DNA from: the human T2T-CHM13v2.0 reference genome, Homo sapiens
Strand: one strand, 5' to 3'
Length of the DNA stretch: 64,000 nucleotides
NCBI RefSeq assembly: GCF_009914755.1
Contig: NC_060925.1
The position numbers were made by a program, and so were the translations under genes. Below the pieces are notes generated by a model. That model did not search any database. It was not told the DNA's origin and saw only the letters and a program-made list of their open reading frames with translations. Within the stretch, counting starts at the first letter, position 1. Each line of letters begins with the position of its first letter. This document shows, in pieces, positions 14,961 through 64,000 of the stretch.

Positions 14961-15995
14961 AATCAAAATCAGGGGATAAAGCAGTCGCTTGAATCACCTA
15001 GGCCTGTCCTTTACCTGGACACAAGTGGTACAGTAGGGAGCATTCTGAATAGTGTCACCCAAAGCTTTGCATAGGCCTTAGGCCAGCAGGTATTGCACAC
15101 CTTTCTCTGCTATTCCTCGTTACTGATATTCTGATCCCCACTGTGCACCCCAGTAAGCCACCAAGGTAAACTGCTTGCCTTGATAGTCTCTTTCAGCACT
15201 CTGCACTCTACACACTCTTGAATGTCAGTTAGGTGCTGTTATGTGGGAATCTACCTGCTTACCTAATAGATATAGCCTGGACACAAAGTTCTCTGGTTTA
15301 TGACACTCCCATTGTACAGCTGCCTCCACAGCTCCTTGAAATTCTGGATCAGGGATTGGACATCTGACAGGTAGTTTTGACTGCTTGGTATCACAGAGTT
15401 CAATCCAACAAAAGGAAGACATGTTCCCTTGTGTATAATGAATCTGCAGATCACTTATTCAAACTATAGTAGTCTGAACTCAGATGCTGGATGTCAGGTC
15501 CCCTCAGGATTGTCTTCCTGCGTCTTGACTGCAGCCACTCCTACACAGGGTGATTTCCTGGGCTGGAGCCAGTTTGCAGGACTATGAGACTATATAGACT
15601 ACAAAGCCTAGCTAGGCCCCAGGTCGGTGGCAGAGTAAGCCCCACAGCAATGCGTTAAGCCTTCATGAAATGAGTGTTGAATGAATGAGGTAGTGATTCA
15701 GTGTATATTTGATCCACTGCAATAGGTGGGAAGGGGGCAGAGGCAGCTACTTCCTAAAATAACCCTTCTTCAGACTCTTAAAGAACTGATCCTTGTTTTG
15801 AATTAAAATCTATCTTCATTTAACTTCCAGTCCTTTGCCCTACAGATAATTCGTAGCGCCACATCAGTTCTACCCATTCTTTCACATGAAGACAGATGTC
15901 ATGTTCTGAGTCATCTTTCTTCGCCTCCTTCCAGCAGCCCTTATCTGGTGGCTCACATTTGAGCGAGCTCCAATATGTCTCTGTAGAATCTCTCT

Positions 15996-16301
15996 CTTCT
16001 TTTTTCTTTTCTTTTTTTTTTTTTGAGATGGAGTTTCGCTCTTGTTGCCCAGGCTGGAGTGCAATGGCGCGATCTCGGCTCACCGCAACCTCCCCTCCCG
16101 GGTTCAAGCGATTCTCCTGCCTCAGCCTCCCTAGTAGTTGGGATTACAGGCATGCACCACCACGCCCGGCTAATTTTGTATTTTTAGTAGAGACAGGGTT
16201 TCTCCATGCTTGTCAGGCTGGTTTTGAACTTGCGACCTCAGGTGATCCGCCCGCCTTGGTCTCCCCAGGTGCTGGGATTACAGGCGTGAGCCGGCCCGGC
16301 C
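15996..16301 (-). mobile_element. Alu (Sp/Sq-like), inserted in a probable antisense CR1/L3 remnant (about 15860-16430)
   Basis: Antisense Alu; TSD-like tgta(g/a)aatctc; flank cagtactccacctgtggcctgact. Confidence 0.85.
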
Positions 16302-16910
16302 TGTAAAATCTCTTCAAAGTGTGGTACATGGAGTGCAGTACTCCACCTGTGGCCTGACTGATATGCAGTACAATATTATCACTAAATTGCTACAGACAGT
16401 GTGCTTTTCATTGTTGTCACAGAAATGTATTTGGTTAGTTATATTTGTTCATATCTCATCTGACTTTCCAGTCTTCCCTCACTTTGTACAGTCATATTTG
16501 CCGAGTCAAGTAAAAGTTATAACATTTAGGACACAATGCCCGACTTACTATAATTACCATTATTATCTTAGGATCATTACAAAACAGAATTACCACTTAG
16601 CTCTCAGGCCCTACCTCCTTCAGCCTCAGAAACGTTAACGCTACCTTGCATTGCTGCTTTTAGCACCGCCCTGGGGCTTCCGCGGCGGAAGCCTAGCGTC
16701 CGCCCCACCCACCCCGAGCCCGAGGCGGGGCTGTGGATGTAGACGCTGATTGGCTGACTGGGGCGCAGCTTGATGGCGTCGGGCTGGAGAGCCGCAGTCC
16801 CGGCTGCAGCACCTGGGAGAAGGCAGACCGTGTGAGGGGGCCTGTGGCCCCAGCGTGCTGTGGCCTCGGGGAGTGGGAAGTGGAGGCAGGAGCCTTCCTT
16901 ACACTTCGCC

Positions 16911-56068
<39,158 letters not shown>

Positions 56069-56322
56069 GTAAGTATGTTATTTTTAATTATCAGAGTTTA
56101 GATGTTTTTTCCTGGTAGTGGCAGGGAGATAAGAGTGGATTTGACTGATATATTGAACTAAATTCCAAATGTGATTGCATCAACAGAGAGCATGATCTTC
56201 CACATCTCTGGGCTTCATTCGTTATCCTCTCTCCTTTTTAGATTACATAGATAAGAAAGGTTGCATTTTTCTTCTGTCAGAAATTGTTAATAAGGCCTTA
56301 GTTTATGAAATATCTAAATTGA

Positions 56323-56763
<441 letters not shown>

Positions 56764-57268
56764 TCAACTTCTACCTTCAGCTCAGAAGTTACTTGTCCTT
56801 TTTAATTATGTGTATACCTAAAAAATTAAGTTCACAATAAATTCTAAAATGTATTTCCATAGATAAATTCATTTGCTGTACATATAGCTCTAATTCTTTT
56901 GTGGTTTTCTCATAATATTTTTTATGTACAGTATTTGTCTTTACCTCTGACTCAGGTATTAATGGATTTCAATGTGATTACAGAAAAGGCTGATTTGACT
57001 TCCTAGTTTGATGACTTTCCTACTGGGTTTGTGTTTGTGCAAAGAGGAGCTTTGTCAGCTTGTTAGTTAATTTTGATCAATGTAGATGAATGAGGATTTT
57101 CATTATATAAAGGATCTAGTGTTACAATAAATTGATGTCAATAATACTCAGATGACATTTTAAAATCTGGATTCATTCAGTGGGAGATAATGAATGAAGA
57201 TAGTATGTTCAGTTAGCAAAGCTACTAAAAGGTATTTTCCTAAGATGCAGCCTTTAGGGAAGCATGTC

Positions 57269-57887
<619 letters not shown>

Positions 57888-57894
57888 AGCATGT

Positions 57895-58764
57895 CATTTT
57901 TTAACAGGTTTATTGGGGTATAACTGATATGTAAACCGAACATATATTTATGTACAACTGGGTACGTTTTGACATACATATATACCTATGCAACAACCAT
58001 CACCACGGTCAAGACAGAGAACACATCCATCCATCACTGCCATGAGATTCCTGAGATTCCTGGTGTCCCTTTGTAATGCCTCTCTCCCACACCTCTAGTC
58101 CCCAGACGACTGCCAATCTGCCTTCTCTCATTATATATTAGTTTGTATTTTCTAGAATGTTATGTAAGTAGAATCCTACAGTATGTATCCTTTTTCTGTC
58201 TGGCTTATTTTACTCGGCATGATTATTTTACATTTTATCCATGTTATGATTTGTATCAGTAGTTTATTCTTTTGTATTGCTGAGTAGTGTTTCCGTGGTT
58301 TGGACGTGCCACAATTTTGTTTGTCCATTCATCTGATGATGAATATTTGGTTGTTTCCAGTTGGGGGATATTACAGATAAAGTTGCTGTGAACACTTGTG
58401 TACAATTTTGTGTATAGACGTGTGCTGTCTTTCTCTTGAGTAGGCACTTAGGAGTGGAATGTCTGGATCATATGGCAGATGTAATGTTTAACTTTTGAAG
58501 AAACAGCCAACTCTTTTCCAAAAAAATTGTATCATTTACATTTCCACCTGCACTGTGTATGAGTTTCAGTTGTTCACATCCTCACCAACACTCTATATGG
58601 CCAGTCTTGCTAATATTAGACATTCTAATAGATACGAGGTGATATTGCATTGTGGTTTTAATTTATATTTTCTTAATGTCTAATGATATTGAGCATCTTT
58701 TCATGTGCTTTTTTTCCCACCCATATTTTTTTTGGATGAATTATCTGTTCAAATCTTTTGCCAA

Positions 58765-58765
<1 letters not shown>
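57895..58765 (-). mobile_element. Old L1M (ME/MB-like) 3' region
   Basis: Antisense L1 3'UTR and ORF2-end motifs. Confidence 0.8.

Positions 58766-64000
<5,235 letters not shown>

Overview
Human (primate) genomic DNA, most likely 1q21.1. The main feature is the 5' two-thirds of GPR89 (Golgi pH regulator, GPHR) on the + strand. It has a CpG-island promoter near 16.7 kb and ten coding exons (16911-56068) that splice into one uninterrupted 909-nt frame of 303 codons, MSFLIDSSIMITSQ...CVWKIFM; the remaining exons lie beyond the window. Intron 8 (52780-54984) has the hallmarks of a U12 minor-spliceosome intron. The first ~6 kb resembles NBPF 5'-UTR exon and intron sequence on the - strand, head-to-head with GPR89. 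From memory this arrangement fits the GPR89A copy next to an NBPF pseudogene (NBPF25P) better than GPR89B; this is unverified. The rest is mostly transposon-derived: about 30 Alus, L1, L2, MIR, CR1, a MER11 solo LTR, MaLR and hAT elements. Nearly all supplied ORFs are Alu- or L1-derived or spurious. I found no convincing new biological system. The best leads are regulatory or evolutionary: the U12 intron, a GPR89/NBPF bidirectional promoter, an in-frame uORF, candidate poison splice sites, and several informative retrotransposition footprints. Repeat boundaries and subfamily calls are by eye and approximate.
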